A stretch of 63,990 nt of DNA, counting the filler, from Perkinsus olseni (lineage: Eukaryota), in NCBI GenBank assembly GCA_013115125.1. It is 4 parts of 4 records of this genome, joined end to end, with 100 filler letters (N's around TTAATTAATTAA, not from the genome) between each part and the next. Parts side by side here need not be neighbours in the genome. Positions count along the whole stretch, not along the records: positions 1 to 16,043 come from JABANN010000684.1; 3 more parts are not named here. One strand, written 5' to 3'. The position numbers were made by a program, and so were the translations under genes. Below, piece after piece: positions 1-14,315 of this stretch; within the stretch, counting starts at the first letter, position 1, and each line of letters begins with the position of its first letter. Below the pieces are notes generated by a model, which was not told the origin of the DNA, searched no databases, and saw only the letters and a list, made by a program, of their open reading frames with translations.

Positions 1-72
<72 letters not shown>
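1..72. repeat. (TAG)n microsatellite at contig start
   Basis: Pure TAG trinucleotide run. Confidence 0.98.
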
Positions 73-84
73 GCGAGGTCCTCA

Positions 85-3000
85 ACAGGGAAGGCTGATG
101 AAGGGGCTCATAGTCGTCGAGTGCTCCTGCAATACCGTAGCCGAGTATTGAGCATAATAGCGGGGTAGGAAAGGAGATGCATCACCATGCTTAGGTGCAT
201 CGGCCCCTCGACCCCTCAATTGCCTTGCAGTCATAACTATGTTGGAGCATCACATACCCCTCACAGACCCTTCTACTGTTAAGGCCCTGCATCAGACTCT
301 CTTGGACGGAACAGACTGCCCAGCTGGTGCTCAGAACTCATCAGTTGCCGCTGTAAGTGTAACGTCGCGCCGTACCATATCGAGTCGAGTGTTGTCGTTG
401 TTGTGTGGAATCCTGTTATCGCTGTGGCCGGTTGCTCGTGACCGGCGTGATTGCGATGATGAATGATCGTGATTGCGTCCTTAGTTGCTTGGATCGTGGT
501 CCGCTGTACTGTCGAGTGCTGGATCATCCGAGTACCATCACCTCCGTAGTGAAGTTGACCGCAAGCTCCTCGTTGGCTACACTAAGACTCAGGGACGCCT
601 CACCATCGCCCAAGGCCTTATCGATATGGTAGTACACCCTCTAACACTAGCATCATCACTGCGCCTCCTCAGGCAACTGCAGCAACCGACTTGGTTACTA
701 GCCTGCAGTGCGGTGAATCAGTATTCGCCGAGCCTTTGGGTCACTGCCTTCTGGCTGCGCTGGTTCGGCTGCTGAGGACCTTCGACGCAACATCCACCAA
801 CTTTGCCTCGGCCGACATGTCGTCAGCTGTCGTCCAGTGTCTACGGGCTGCTAGCTCGGCAACTGATGAGCTATTCAGCTCTGATGCTTATGACCTCTGT
901 TTACAGGCCGTATCCAACTCGCCGGAGTCTACCGGCCCATGGTCGTTAATACATATGATGTCGGGATTGAACCCGGGACCTGCTGCAAGGGAGCAGTTGG
1001 CAGGGACAGCTGTCGAGTCCTGCTGGTTGAAGCTATCAGAACTGCCTTCTGGTATATACCGTCGTCGGTCTCACTCCCATGTGGTGCTCACCCAGAGCGT
1101 CTATGCGTACGAGCTTTTCTTCACCTCATTGTTGGGGCTACCTATATCGGCTGAGGTGCTGGAAATGTATCCATCTCCGATCATTCGGATTGGTTCGGAA
1201 TTCGCAGTGCTGAGGCTGGACAACGGTGAGCGCTTAGTACGTCTCAACCTGCCGCACGACCAGCCACTAAGACCGGCACATATGGCTCTATCATTGCTTG
1301 CAGTGGTATCTGATAACAGCGCCCGCCTCGCAGACCGATTCACCCTTCTGCGCCCCATTGCTGATCTCGTCGCTGCTGCATTCGATGTAGCACGGATCCT
1401 AGTGGAAGCTGGATCGTGCGGGGAAGAGGAGGACATCGCTCGGCTCTGGGCTGTTGGTTTGACGCTTCGAAAGAGTAAAGGTCTTGCAGGCCCCGTTAAC
1501 CAAGGGGCGCTGAGGTTGCTCACAGTACTAGTGCAGCGGCATTCCACCAGCGATGATGTAAATTACTATCTCGAACGACTGTGTGAGGATCTCAGTGGTT
1601 CATGCCATGAGCTTGATGGTACCATTCCCTCCAAGTCCCTGGTCCAGCTTCTCATAGCCTTAGTAAAACACCAACCGAGTACGACTTGGCCCAGGCGTGC
1701 TGTCGGGAGGGTCGTGATGTCGGTGATGCCGAAGTGGCTGTCTAATTTGGGACCACAAAGCATTCTGCCCGACTGCCTGGAGCTGTTGGATGACCTTCTG
1801 AATCGATGCTTAAGACCGTTCGGCGCTGACGGTTTGAAGGTCACTCGTGCGGAGGCAGATAGGATCTCTCACATGGGACGGGGCTCCCATCAATCAGGCT
1901 CGGTCACAGCGGCAAAGACACTACTTGCTGTGAGGTAGGCATTGTGGGGGAGCAACAGCGGGTCAATCGTCGTCGTGTAGTCGAAATAGACGAGGGTCCT
2001 GGTAGTGAGTCTTGCTCGATATCAATGGTAGGAGAGGGAGATCATCTGAGCATATTATTTGATGACTCGAGGTCGGACCCTCCACCACTCACTCGATAGA
2101 CCTGGCAGATCCCATCGAAGGTTTCATCGAGTTCATCTGTCATTGGCTGAGATCCGATGAGCCGTCGTAGTCGTTTACGGTGTGCTTCGTACTCGATGAT
2201 CGTTTTAGTGAGGGCGTGCGAGAAGTCGCTCGCGTGCCCTTATAGGCCACCAAGGAATATCTTCATCTCGAAATAGAATAGCGCTGGGAATACCTTCTTC
2301 GACTCGCTAACTCCCCGGAAGCTATTCGTATGTCGATATCCTCAGTCCCTTCACATATAAACTGGATGCCCGTCATTGGCCAGTATGATTACTCCCCACT
2401 CTTTCCTTCCTCAGAGCCGAGCAAAGCTCCTTAGTCGCTGATCTCCTGTCGGACGGCGCGGTCTATGCCGCTCTGCTCTCAATGGTCCAGCGACCTCCAG
2501 TAGAGACTGACTCGTCATCTGCCTCAACGAGTCAGAAGACGAAGCGTGCTCGCCACTACGTTAATCCACTACGGAGGAGCTGCCCTACTACCAATGATAA
2601 GGCTCAGAGTCTGGCTGGCGAGGTGGGCCATCCCGCGCCTTGTAGAGGAGAACTCGATGGTAGATGGTGATGATGTTAGGTGCAATTGAGGGCCGTGAAA
2701 GCTCTGACGACCCTGTTCGAGTGTTCTGATTCTCTTGCTGATGATGAGGTCTACGCTTCTCTAGCTGGACTTATCTTGGGAGATGAGATGGTCGCTGTCA
2801 CCACTGATGCCCTTCCTGCATGGCTAGCTGTCTATGTGAGCTCCCCTCACCGATTCTTCGAGCTTTCATTGTAACTACGCTCCAATGTCTCGTGACATCT
2901 ATACCGCGATATTGTTCTCGCAATATCCTTCAGTATGCTCACGCTGCTAATAGAGGCAGCATTCTTACATTGTTGATCGCTGCCGGCCTTAGATACTAGA

Positions 3001-6000
3001 ATACGACTCCTCACCAGCAGTGGCGTTGGCCGCTACCAACGCCCTCAAGGCCTTGTGTGTTTACTTGTCACGAAGAGGCGTGCATCTGGTAAGACGAAGT
3101 CTGACTCGGTCGTCTGGTCGCCGGACTGCGGATCCTGTGTAGGTCACCCACGCCGAGGGCCCAACGTCGAGGTTAATGCCTCGACTGGTGAAGTACTTAG
3201 TTGAGCACAAGTCAAAGATCGCGGAGTTCAGAGATCTTCTCACGGTTGGGCTGCAAACTCAACCAACGGTCTTTATTCACCTACCCAAATTAAAGGATCT
3301 TGCCGAGGCTTTGCAGAAGTCCTATCATTCTGAGGCCTTGCTCCATTTGAGTCAGCGACATAAGATCTACCAGTACCTCGACTTGGATCTGCTCCTGCAA
3401 CATGCGGAGCGAGCGGTTGATGCGGAGATGCTCCTGTCAGTAGCTTCACAAGGCCTCGCTGCAAGGGACCCTAAAGTTAAGGGATTCGTACCAAAGATAC
3501 TGGGCAATGAGAAGTTGTTGAAGTTGATCTTTGGAGACCATCAGGACGACTGGGCTGCAGGGGAGCCGTTTTCGGAAGGGTGGCAGAAAGAGGGACAGCA
3601 GCAGCCGGGTGGATGGATCGTCCCGTCCCGCGAGGAGGTGGATGATACGGGGCTGCTCAATGCCTTCCTTGAGCGATACGGCCTAAGAAAAGAGTTCATA
3701 GACGACTGTAATGGGATGGTCCACATCCCTACTATTGAGGCGATCTGTCGAGCTATGAAGGTCGTCGAGGATTCATCAGCTAGTGGTGTCAGAATCGTGG
3801 CCTGGAAGCGGATCAACAAATCAGCCGCACGAGTGAGACCATAGTTCGCTCTTCGGCCTTGTCCTATAGAGAATGATCTCAGAACCTTCGTCGTATCCAC
3901 GTTTTGGACGTCCTCACGTCCGTTGTCCGGGAGGCTGTGATGCTGACTATCTCCTCTGCTGATGATGCGACGACTAAGGATGGTAGACGGAAGGCACTGG
4001 TGAAAACAGGATGGGAAGTCATCATCTTGGTGTTAGATACGAAGGTCGATACTTCCCCCTGCCTCAAGAATACACTACGAGTCTTCACCCTGTACCAGCA
4101 TCGGCTGGTCATGTAAGTTGAGGGTCTAGCCGTTGCAGCTATCACTGCCTCTGCGTCTTCAGCAATCGGCAGCTCTATGTGGGTATGCTTGGCCTTCTGC
4201 AGAGGCTCCTGTCGAGACCAGAATCTTCCAGTGATGGCGCCGCGGTAAGGAAGTCGTACAAATCGTCTCACGTCGTAGTGAGAGCGCTCTTGCCCCGAGA
4301 GAAATATGGTTGTGGGTTCGGAGTCGAAAGACTAGGTTCCTCGGAAGCTGTTCAAATATCTTCGGTGACTGATGGGTCAAAGGATTCATCCATCTCAGGC
4401 GGACTCTTATGTATCCTCCTTGGTCCTGCCTCCTGGTGACTCCCTTGTTGTTGATGCATCGCCACTCAGCATGCAGGAGCTCTCCAAGGCCCTTCATGGG
4501 TTGACCAAGACGCTAGAGGTCGAGGTGGATATGACAGACGTAAGCCTACTGTCCTGAAGCCGTGCACCTACCCTCGAGTAATTGACGACGACCAAGTGCT
4601 CATTCGGTTCATCACGATCCTATGCTATGCTCACAGCGGCTCATCAACTCAGGCAAGTGACCCTAGGCAGGCAGCGCGAGGCCTCTGGCGGCTGTGGTCC
4701 ACGGTAGTCGGGTTGATAATGCAGAGGGCTGCTGCCTCAGATCTGCCCAAACAGGACATGGAGGGCTTGGCGCCCTTGGTCACAGAGTGAGATGACGGGG
4801 TAGCCGTGATATCTGTGGCATTTCGCCTGTCTGTCATCAGGCTCCTGCGTGCCGCCCTCGATCGGCAGTCCCCTGCCCTACAGCACTGCCCTCAGAGCTG
4901 TTGTGATATCCTCACCCACGCATTGTCTATCTGTCCCAGCTGCCGTACCTCTCACCTCATGACTTGTATCCAGGAGTGCGGTATAGTACATAGAGTGGGC
5001 TCCGGTCACATAGGTGTTCTCATTGCCCTCCTGCAATCCATCGGAGTAAGTCCCACTATCCGGATATCGTGTGCGCCTGATGGCTGCGCTCTTTTAGACT
5101 CCTCCGTCGCAATTGTCGCCCCTGCTAGCTGGACGGAAGACTAAGCTGAAAAGGGTGTATACTGGGCCGGCCTATGTTAAAGGCACGAGAGCCCCTGCAT
5201 ATCAGGACTGGCTGGCTGACCTTTACGTGGCAACCCGTGTGATAGAAGTGAGCTCCGCGTGTCCCCTCATAGACCAAATATAATAGGCCCACTCTGCTGT
5301 AGGTGACTCGAACCTCAGTGCTACCCGAGTCAGAGCAGTGGCCAGCACACGTCCTCGCTCGAGGAGCTCATTGTGGGGACCTGGCTGGGCTAGAGGAGGC
5401 CAGCTTGGTCGCGAGTAAGATCACTTCAACTCTTGGATCATTCTGTTATGCTGTCCACCATACGTGAACAAGCAGGGTGTCTGCGGTTGCAAATGTTTTT
5501 GTTTGCCGTGGATGAGGGCCATGTGGTCCTCCTCAGGTTTGCTACGTAGTAGCGGCAGATCTGTACCTGGAGGCTTCGCCTATGCAGCCTTGTTAACTCA
5601 GGATGTCGACACTATGTAGTGCCATGGCCCGCCTCAGTAGGTGCCATCATCCTCCCGCTAGGTACCCTAAATCAAGAGTGGAGAAGCTACAGGGAAGGTG
5701 CGACATTCAGAGTATATTTGACGATGAAGTAGTCACTGTTGGAGCGAATGCTCCGAGCATCTATACCCAGCGAATTTACTGGTGAGCTCTTGCGGGATTT
5801 TTGGATGGAGTGGTATGTATTATTTGCGTAACGGAGCGGTGTTGCTCGCTAGTGTTGAGACTCCCTTGAATCCCGATGATGATCATCCTCGCAAAAGACT
5901 CCCTGTATACTCCTTTGAAAGGAGCATACAGGGTTCGCAGGAGAGTTCACTCGGCTATCCCTTCGGTATTTCGCGAGAGTGTCGTTGCATACAACTGGCT

Positions 6001-7390
6001 TCTGCAAGGTGGGCGGTGTTCACTGACGCGTCTGTTATTGAAGCTCATACGTTCTTTTGTGACCTCGGGTCTTCCTGCTCTACTCTTGCCCCATCAGGTT
6101 GTGTTTGGATATCATTGAGTGCACCGTCCTTGCACCGTCGCCCTCTCCCAGTGACCACGCCTTCAACGCTCACTTCGAGGCATTGCTGGATTGTATACGA
6201 CGGGTGAGTCTGAAGAGGGCAGCTCGGCCTCCTGCCGTGCATATTTTATAGCTCTTGTTGCCGTTAGCGTCTTCTACAACCGAGCGTCTGAGGGAGAAAG
6301 GGGATGCACTGATGATGGTTCGACCATCCCGAATCATTCTCGTCATCGTGTCTCACCATTCTTAAGACTCAGTTCCCACCGAGATTCTCTCTTACTGGTT
6401 CTGGATATAGTAGCTAGCGTAGCAGTTCGTCGTCCATTCGTTGAAGGCCCGCCACCTTGTTGGCGTTCTAACTATTCTCTACAATACCTCCCCTTGTGCA
6501 TCGGCTCCCATACATTCTCCTCAGACATGTGATTTCATAGCGGCGACGTTGTGCTCACCAGAAGCCCTGAGGAGGTCCTTGCTGATGTGCCGATGGAAGG
6601 GTCAGATGTAAGTCAGCTCCAGTTCGGATTTCTCCGGGTTCTACTTCGTGATGGAGTTACGAATGCCCTCTTTTTTAGCGCCGTGCCGCTGTCGTTGTGG
6701 CTTTGCCCCCAGAGCTTGGAGACTAGGTCCGGCGTTGCAACAGCGCATCCGCCCACACCTAAGGTTAGTAGGCATCACACTGATTGTGTCTCGTTTATTA
6801 TGCAGCATTGTAGGCCGCGGCCGCTAAGGAAAATAAGGAGCCGCTGTCTCCTTTGCACGGAGCCTTTGATGCAGCGTTCAAGCAGAAGGATGTGAGTTAG
6901 CGCTTTTGTGGTATTACGCTAATACTGTATTATCCCGCGGCAGGGTTACACGTACAAGTCCACGTCTGCACTGACGGACGTCTCTCCTCACTACGATGCA
7001 TTATGCTGGGGGGTCTCTCCCCTCTTGCCAAGGGAGGCCTTCGTGACGGAGACCGGTGCTATGCTGGCTGACCTCTGCCCGGCTCATGTGAGCTCACCCC
7101 ACTGTACGGCAATGTGCAGAGTGTATGTATCGATATCAGGTTACGGTTGATGAGTGGATCGAGAAGTGCTCGAGGACACTGGAGTTGGCAGCAATGCGTC
7201 TACTAGCTCTCACTGATGTCTCCAAGAGTAGCTCTAAGCCACGAGCAGCGTATGATGTGCTGGCCACTGTACGGAGTGAAGAGATGTAAGGGCGACCTCT
7301 GTTGGTATCCGACGCCGACGCCCGCTACTTATCTCGTGACCTACGTTCTTACCTGGTGTTAGGTTCTCGACACCGGGTACAATAACTGAT
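85..7390 (+). CDS. One or more intron-rich hypothetical genes encoding Leu/Ala-rich, probably alpha-helical proteins; boundaries uncertain
   Basis: Long + strand open exons (691-1938, 3176-3844) plus many short exons separated by ~50 nt GT..AG segments. No family motif recognised. Confidence 0.4.
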
Positions 7391-7666
7391 CGATGTAGAG
7401 ACTCTGTCGACTTGGTTTTACTGCGGCTGCAGAATCTCGTCCAGAAGACCATGGCCACAGGTGAGTGTGAATCAAGTGACCGCTCGGCATCGTATTGATC
7501 AGACCCAGTTCCGATACCACCAATGGTTGAGGAGCCACAGCTGTGGGCACTTGCAGGATAGTAGCAGCACGACTCCAATTTACGTATCATAACTCCCAAT
7601 TTCACTCGCCTGCGCTTGTTGCGTTCAACAGCGAGACTTGGCCGGTGTAGTACTCGTTGTTTTGGC

Positions 7667-8375
7667 ATGGAGAGAGTCCAGGCCGCGGAGGTTGTGATGA
7701 TTCGAGAGTTGTTGGAAGACGACAGGTTTAGAGGGAACCGGGTGGGGGAGGATAAAGTTGTTAGAGTCATTGGAGAGGTACGTCCCTTTTCTATGGCCAA
7801 ATGGCTGATGTCGCGGCGAGGTGCTCCGTTCCGAGAACGTTGACGGTGGTCGCACCCTTCTGCTGCACGACAGAGGCTCCTGTGTCTGGGCCGACGTCAC
7901 AGAGATGTGGAAGCCGTTCGAGCATGTGTAGGTGAACGACATCCCTGTTGTAGTGCTGCTCGTTGGGAATGTTCGCTCTCCTGGTAGCGCCATCGGTTCC
8001 TGGGTCACAGTGATTGCCATCCTTCGGCCTGGTGTTGCACGAGTGTTGCCGGAAGATCTCAATCGTCAGCATCCTCAATTGTTCACTACACAGCAATGCA
8101 TTGACGAAGCAGGGATGGACGTACCAGAGTTGAAGGTGAGACTGCTTTGGTACTCTTCGATAGAGCCTCCGCACGCCTGGGGCACACCGTTCCACCTTAG
8201 ACGAGGTTAGAAATTCCCCCTCTCTGACCTTTCTGTGCGACATTAGCATGCAGCGTTGACGATGGGGGCGCTCCTTGAGATGTTCAGTGGAATCATTCCA
8301 CTGAACATCCATTCCACTGGAATGGCCGTGGTAGAGGAGAGCGGGTCATCGGTCATCGCGCTCCCTTTGTTTTAA
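7667..8375 (+). CDS. Small OB-fold protein, Ten1-like (CST telomere-capping subunit), 4 exons
   Basis: Manual splicing gives MERVQAAEVVMIRELLED...KVVRVIGEVLRSENVDGGRTLLLHDRGSCVWADVTEMWKPFEHVAIGSWVTVIAIL...GMDVPELKHAALT. The pattern (VRxxG, GSxxxV, GMDxxL) resembles TEN1. Confidence 0.4.
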
Positions 8376-8789
8376 CATAACTTCTGAAAATTAGACACCA
8401 TTCAGTTCATACATTCTCCCTCCTCACCAGGTGGGCCTCCTAATACCGTGCGTCGAAGTGGACGTGGTGGTGGACATGACCGTGTATGAGCGATGCGTCA
8501 AAGTGGGTCATGTCGGTTGACCTCTTTGGAATGTTCGTGGGTTATGCGGATACGCCAACCCAGCTCTCATTGGCGGCACATTCGCTCCTGGTTGTCACTC
8601 TGCTCACGTCATAGCCTCCTTGGCCCCTACAAGCTTATTTTTCAGATAAAACGCAACTTCTGCCGACTACATTCATCAGAACCAGTCCTTCGCGGGGCAT
8701 GACAATCGAAGGTTTCTAAATGTTCCTTCACGCAGTGCTTTGTTTATGGAGGGGTGGTCACCGTTCCAGAAGGGTTGTCCTGTCCGTGA

Positions 8790-11700
8790 ATGTCGCATCA
8801 TAACTTGGCTACGTGGGGCCCTGCAGAGAGTGGCCCCGCTGCTGTGGTTACAGATGAGGTCGGGATGGGCGAGGTGATTCTGGAGATATCAGGGCGGGCT
8901 CTTGAGCCGGCCGAGGCCGGGAACGGGGCCAAGGAGGCAGTGGCGGCGGGTGGTGATGATGATGATGATGCGGTGATGACCCCGAGGCAAGAGAATAAGG
9001 GTCCCGAGATACCACCCGACGCCGTAGTGGAGGCACCCTACTATGAGATGAAGGTGGGCTGGGTATGCTGTGGGTGATGTAGGAGGGTCGAGAACGTAGC
9101 CTGTAGAAGCACTGTAGCGATCCGGTTCTCTTCTCTTCCCCACGCGAAAGAGATGTCTCCAGTATCAAACTGTGCTGCGTACTGTCTCGTAATGGTAGGT
9201 TCTGATCACCACTCCGGAATACTCAGGAGTACCCCGGGGTGGGTTTCTGATCTCTAATTCGGCCAAAAGGGTTGCTAGTGTGCTGCTAACAGACCCGGAG
9301 CCAAGTACTATGGCACCCCTTCGGCGGTTGTGGACGGTTTACAGACCATTCACGTTCAGGTCCAGTATTCTCATTCCGCGATAAGGTCCCGGATCCGTCC
9401 AAGTCCGACTTTCTCCTCATCTTATCGTCCATCAGACGACGTGGCCCCGCCATCCACATGCTGTCACTTGGGGAAGTCACAGTGTTGGGGAAGGATTTGG
9501 AGTGCATAGCGGCTCTAGGTGGGGAGGCCGTGGAGGACTGGTTGATCGGGAGTGAGTCTGCGACGTTTCTTCTCAGTCGAACTTCTAGAAGAGGGTTATA
9601 TCTATGCTTGTGATTTCGGAGAACTCCGATTCACAACAGAGGCCATTGTGGCCTTGCTGGCTGCCCTAAGGGGAGAGAACCTTCACCGGCCACCCCCAAC
9701 CAATCTGGCATTCGTATTTCTTGATGCAGCAGTGAGTGCCCTTCCGTCACCCAGCGGTATTGTAGTTCGGCCCGGGTGGACATACTGCATGCGAGCGTAA
9801 TTTGTGCGTATTATCTTTCAGCTCGGATTGACGAATGTACAAATCCAAGATATCAAAGATACCACCAGGCGGAGGAGGTGTGCCGATAAGAAACTCCTGC
9901 CGAGGCAGTAAGACACCAACATCACGATGCTTATCGATCGTAGTCGACGGGCGCTAGTCGAAGTTGTTTCTCGTCGTTGCTTTCCACGGCACGGGCCGGA
10001 TAATGCAAACAACCTTGCATCACGCTGTACACAGCATAGGATGGATAGCCTCTCACTCCCCTTAGGTCCTAGCGATGATTACGTGTGCTCGATAGTGTGC
10101 CGATCATTTAGGCGATACTCAGTCCTCTCACTAGCTACCCAGCTTTTCGGGGCTCTGCGGATCGTCGGTGCAGGCCTGTCAATTAGTATATGTCCTCTTC
10201 CTCAGGGTTGACAGACTCCACGGTGCATGGCTCCAACCAGAATCTTTCGAATGGATCATGTCCAGCGAGAATTTGACTCGCTGCTTTTGGCGACCCTACC
10301 AGGTGATGATGTAAAGGGACGTATATCTTCGGGCTATCTGCTCTTTACAGGAACGCCTCTTCTGGGAGCGGATGGGCTTCAAGGTCCCGGTGGTGAAGAA
10401 AGGGGTCAATGACCCCAATAAATGGGTTAATTATTACGTCCAGGAGTTGACTAAAAGATTCCACAGAGGGTCCATCAACGCATCTATGCTCGATAATGTT
10501 GACCCTAACGACAGGTGGTCACCCCTGAGCTCCAGATTGGGGGTAGCATCCAACTCTCAGGTCCTACCTCGACGACTGCCTCAAGCAATGGTCGAAGGTT
10601 AGCCTCATGCGCATGAAGGCTCGCTTGCGACCATCTAGTGCCTCTTCCGCGGGAGCACAGAAGTCAGAGTCACCGGCAGCGAAGCGAGCAAGGACGATCT
10701 CGAGTATAGCCGCCCCGAAATCTGCTGCACAACGCGGGTCGAGCGATGCTGCATCAAGCGGAGGAAACTCCGTCCGTCGGAGCCCTCGGGTTTCCAAAGA
10801 TACGGCACACAAGGCACTGGTCCTCAAGAGGGCAATACCTAAGAGTGGTGTCCCGAGTCACTCACCTCCACCCGGGGTGATCAGCGTTGGGGCCGCGCAG
10901 GCTGCTATGGTTGGGACCGGAGGGACCCACGCTACAACGACAACGATAAGGCCATCGGTACCCAAAGCTGCTGAGCTGGCGAAAACCTCTGCTACTATAG
11001 TACCCAAGGCGAAGAGGGCGACGCCGAAACCGAGTGGCGGTCTTCCCTCTGCGGTACCACCACCGCTTTCTGGCACAGGTCGCCTTGGAGCAGCCCGAGG
11101 TGCAGGAGCAGCAGCAGCAGCAGCAGCAAAGGCGGGTGCACGCGAAGAAAACTCACAGAAAGCTCCGCATGCAAGCCCGATTGAGGGTGGGTCGCCACGA
11201 GGTCCCGTGGGTGAGCCGAAGTCAAGCTCTAGCAGTCCTACGTCCAATGGTATCCAAGGACAGGCTATGAACGTCCAAGCATCTGGTGGACTCTCGGAGA
11301 GCGAGATACGCAGGGTGGTTGCGTCTCAGCTGGATATGTCAAGCTTAACGAGGAGAACACAGTTTACGCTGAAGGCACCTCCTCCTCCTCCACCGCCTCC
11401 CGCTGCGGCCACTGCGAAAGCGAGTCCTAGACTGAAGGCAGCTGCTGCGAAGTCCAAGCCAACGATCGACATCCCGGATGATGATACTCAGTCCAGTGCA
11501 CCGCCAACTCCTGTGAGTGACGAGGAGCAGCCCGAGCCCGGCAAGATAGGGGCTATTGCAGCTCGGCTGGCTGCGATGAATAAGACCCCTACTGGCTCTC
11601 CCGTTGTGGGCTCCCCAGCTGCCGTATCGGCTAAGAAATCCCCTCTCCCTCGCGGGAAGGGGATGACTTTGGGGGAGTCCCCGAAGCCAGCTCCAAAATT

Positions 11701-11920
11701 AGGTAGCCCAGCGCCGGCTCTTGCAGCAGCCGCAGCTTATGGTGGTGGTGCTTCGAGTGCATCGTCATCATCATCATCTAACAACCATGACGTGCTCAAG
11801 CGAGATTCCCTCTTAGCTATGGTGGCCCAAGGTATACGCGACCTTCGGAAAGGTTTTGCCGATGGAAGTTGGATGACGAGTAAAGAGCGCGAAACCCTGC
11901 AGGAGCTTCTCGAGTCGTGA
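8790..11920 (+). CDS. Multi-exon hypothetical protein with a long Ala/Pro/Ser/Lys-rich disordered C-terminal exon
   Basis: Open exon 10607-11920 (437 aa, low complexity) is preceded by a chain of short exons with GT..AG introns starting near 8790. Confidence 0.5.
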
Positions 11921-12928
11921 TGCCTTCGACCGTGCTGCACTAGGTTTATTATTACTTTGTTGACTAAGGGAATGCTGTTCAATGATCGAACTTGGGATTG
12001 AGTCCATGATCACTGGGTGCTGAGAGGCGGGGGCGTTGTCTCTATCTTGATAGCACATCGATGCTCCTTCGTCTGCCTTTGCTCGGGGCATAGCAGTTTT
12101 CTTCGATGTTCGTTGTGGTTGCCCGTTCCGTTGAAGGATGCCTCTCTTCGACCTTCGAGTCCTGGATCATGGTTTGGATAGTGCTCCGTGTCACATGACA
12201 GCAGTCAAGGCCGTATTCTGGGGAAGGTCTCCAAAGAGAGGGCTTGCAGACTGTCTGCCGCTGAGCTGATGAGTGTCCTCATGTTATTCGCTAACACTCG
12301 GGCCCTTCATGGCTGAGATCATAGTGACAAAGCGTTAAGGCACCCATTCATTCTAGGCTGTGGTCCAGCTTCTTTGACTCGTTCATCGAGTACGTTGGTG
12401 ACATTGCGATACCGTCGACGTCAACGGCGGCCCTCCTGGCTTCCTCTACCGTGCTGGACACCCGAGAAGCTGCCTTCTGTACACCTATTCGAGCAGTAGT
12501 ATCATTGGTGGTCTCGCCTTGACAGCTCGGCAAGCAGAAACGGTCGGCCAGTTCTCGCTCACAGTCAACAGGTTTTACGCCTCTTCCGGCCATGTGGAAA
12601 CTTTCCACTGGAACTGTGGCTGGGAGACGAGGTCTCCGGTTCGATTCCCGGTACGCCCGTTTTTCCGTCAAAAAATTATCTTTCGCCTTCCACAGATGTC
12701 CATGTTTTTTGAGGGTGCGAAAACGCCAGGAAGTTGGGTTTTACAGCTCATACCGTGAACTACCAGGGTACATGCCGGCGTTTGAAATTATTTTCATCGC
12801 AATCGTATTCGGTTGCTCGTCTTCCGGGGGCCATAGAAAGGGTGGAGATCTTTCGACCAGGCTCCACATCTCTCACAGCAGTTGCCTCCATCGTCCTAGG
12901 TCTGTATCTCAGTAGTAAACCCTAACCA

Positions 12929-14315
12929 ATGTCTAAGATCATCACCTCCCTCCCAGCATCATCACGGTCCCTTCAGCGCGGCGCTACTGACAGTCCTATG
13001 ACGACGGGCCCTCACTCTCGACCGTCCTTTAATTCGTCTAAACAATCAGAGGCCCATACAGTGGAGGCTAACCAGAATTCGAGTAGGACATGCCGCCCGA
13101 CAGCTCCGAAGATGAATGCCGAACCGGAAATATCGTCCGGTGGTTCAAGTGCGGAAACTGCTGTGGTAATACGTCAGGCCTTTCGATACTGGATCGAGGC
13201 TTGGATGTGGCCCCGTACCTCCTATCAGATATTTGACTGGGATGATACCCTTCTACCATCGTCATTCGTAGTTAATTCAACAGAGACCTTGTCGGAGGTG
13301 TTGTCGGCCGTGCGTCCTCTTCAAGCACGAGTTATCGGATTATTGGTAATACTGGTGTAGCAGTAGGGAAGTCCGCTGCTCTCTCATGGACGTGTGTCTC
13401 TCAGGAACGAGCCCTAGCGCTATCCCATCGTTATGTGTTCATACTATCGAGCAGTGGGCCTGGTTGGGTAGAACAGTCGTGCAGGCTTTATTACCCTCAA
13501 GCTCTCCCCTTGCTCTCAAAGGTTACTATAGTACATGCTAACGAGTGAGTCCTCGCTCTCCGGAGACTGCTGCTTAGATGCCATCGATAGGTTCTGTCGG
13601 GAGTTTGCCATGGTTAATCTACAATTCCGCAACTACTGTAATTCTGCATACTTTCGCTCACCGAAGCTCGCCTCGGTTTTGGCGATTCTCCCCGCGCTGC
13701 AACCAGAGCCCCGGAGAGTGGTAGTATGGCCATTATGGATGATGTTGGTGATCATGTGAACTGCTTCCCCTTCAGTCAGCAGAATCCTCCCGTCTCGTGC
13801 GTTCTTCGGTTATGATGAACTCTTGTAGGTGCTCATCGGTGATCAATACGCGGATGTGTCCATTGCTGAGGCTCTGCGACAACGTGGTGGGGATATCAGA
13901 ACATGCCTCTTCGCAGTGGAGCCAACGGCAAGGGAGTTAGTAAGTGTAGGGCGTCTCTCCGACATTTTGCCAGCCCCCGAACGTTGGCTTGTGCCTATCC
14001 GCGTATCAACGCTGATAATGGCAGATGCGCGATTGCTATCGTAAAGACAGATGTTTGTATGACATTCAGGGACGCGAGCTGGATTGGCTGTTGGATGGTG
14101 ACATGCTGGGTCGTCTATGCGTCGATGAAGAACTCAGTCAGCGCAATTTCGCTCTTAAGCGAAGTAGTGGAACGAGCGAGCGATCGACCGAAGACGGAGG
14201 CTCCGAGCGATCATCGTCTTTCAGCGATGGTGATCATCTCGGCGGAAGTAATATAATCGGGCCACCCTCCCAACGAGCTCGCAGTTTGCCTTCTAGTTCC
14301 TCCTACTGGGTATGA
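12929..14315 (+). CDS. HAD-superfamily phosphatase-like protein, multi-exon
   Basis: Motif I IFDWDDTLLPS, motif II VFILSSSGPGWVEQSC, motif IV-like VLIGDQYAD. Introns have GT..AG ends. Confidence 0.7.

Noticed and set aside
1-72. (TAG)n at contig ends as a telomere
   Set aside because: The same repeat occurs internally (15098-15165), and microsatellites simply break assemblies.
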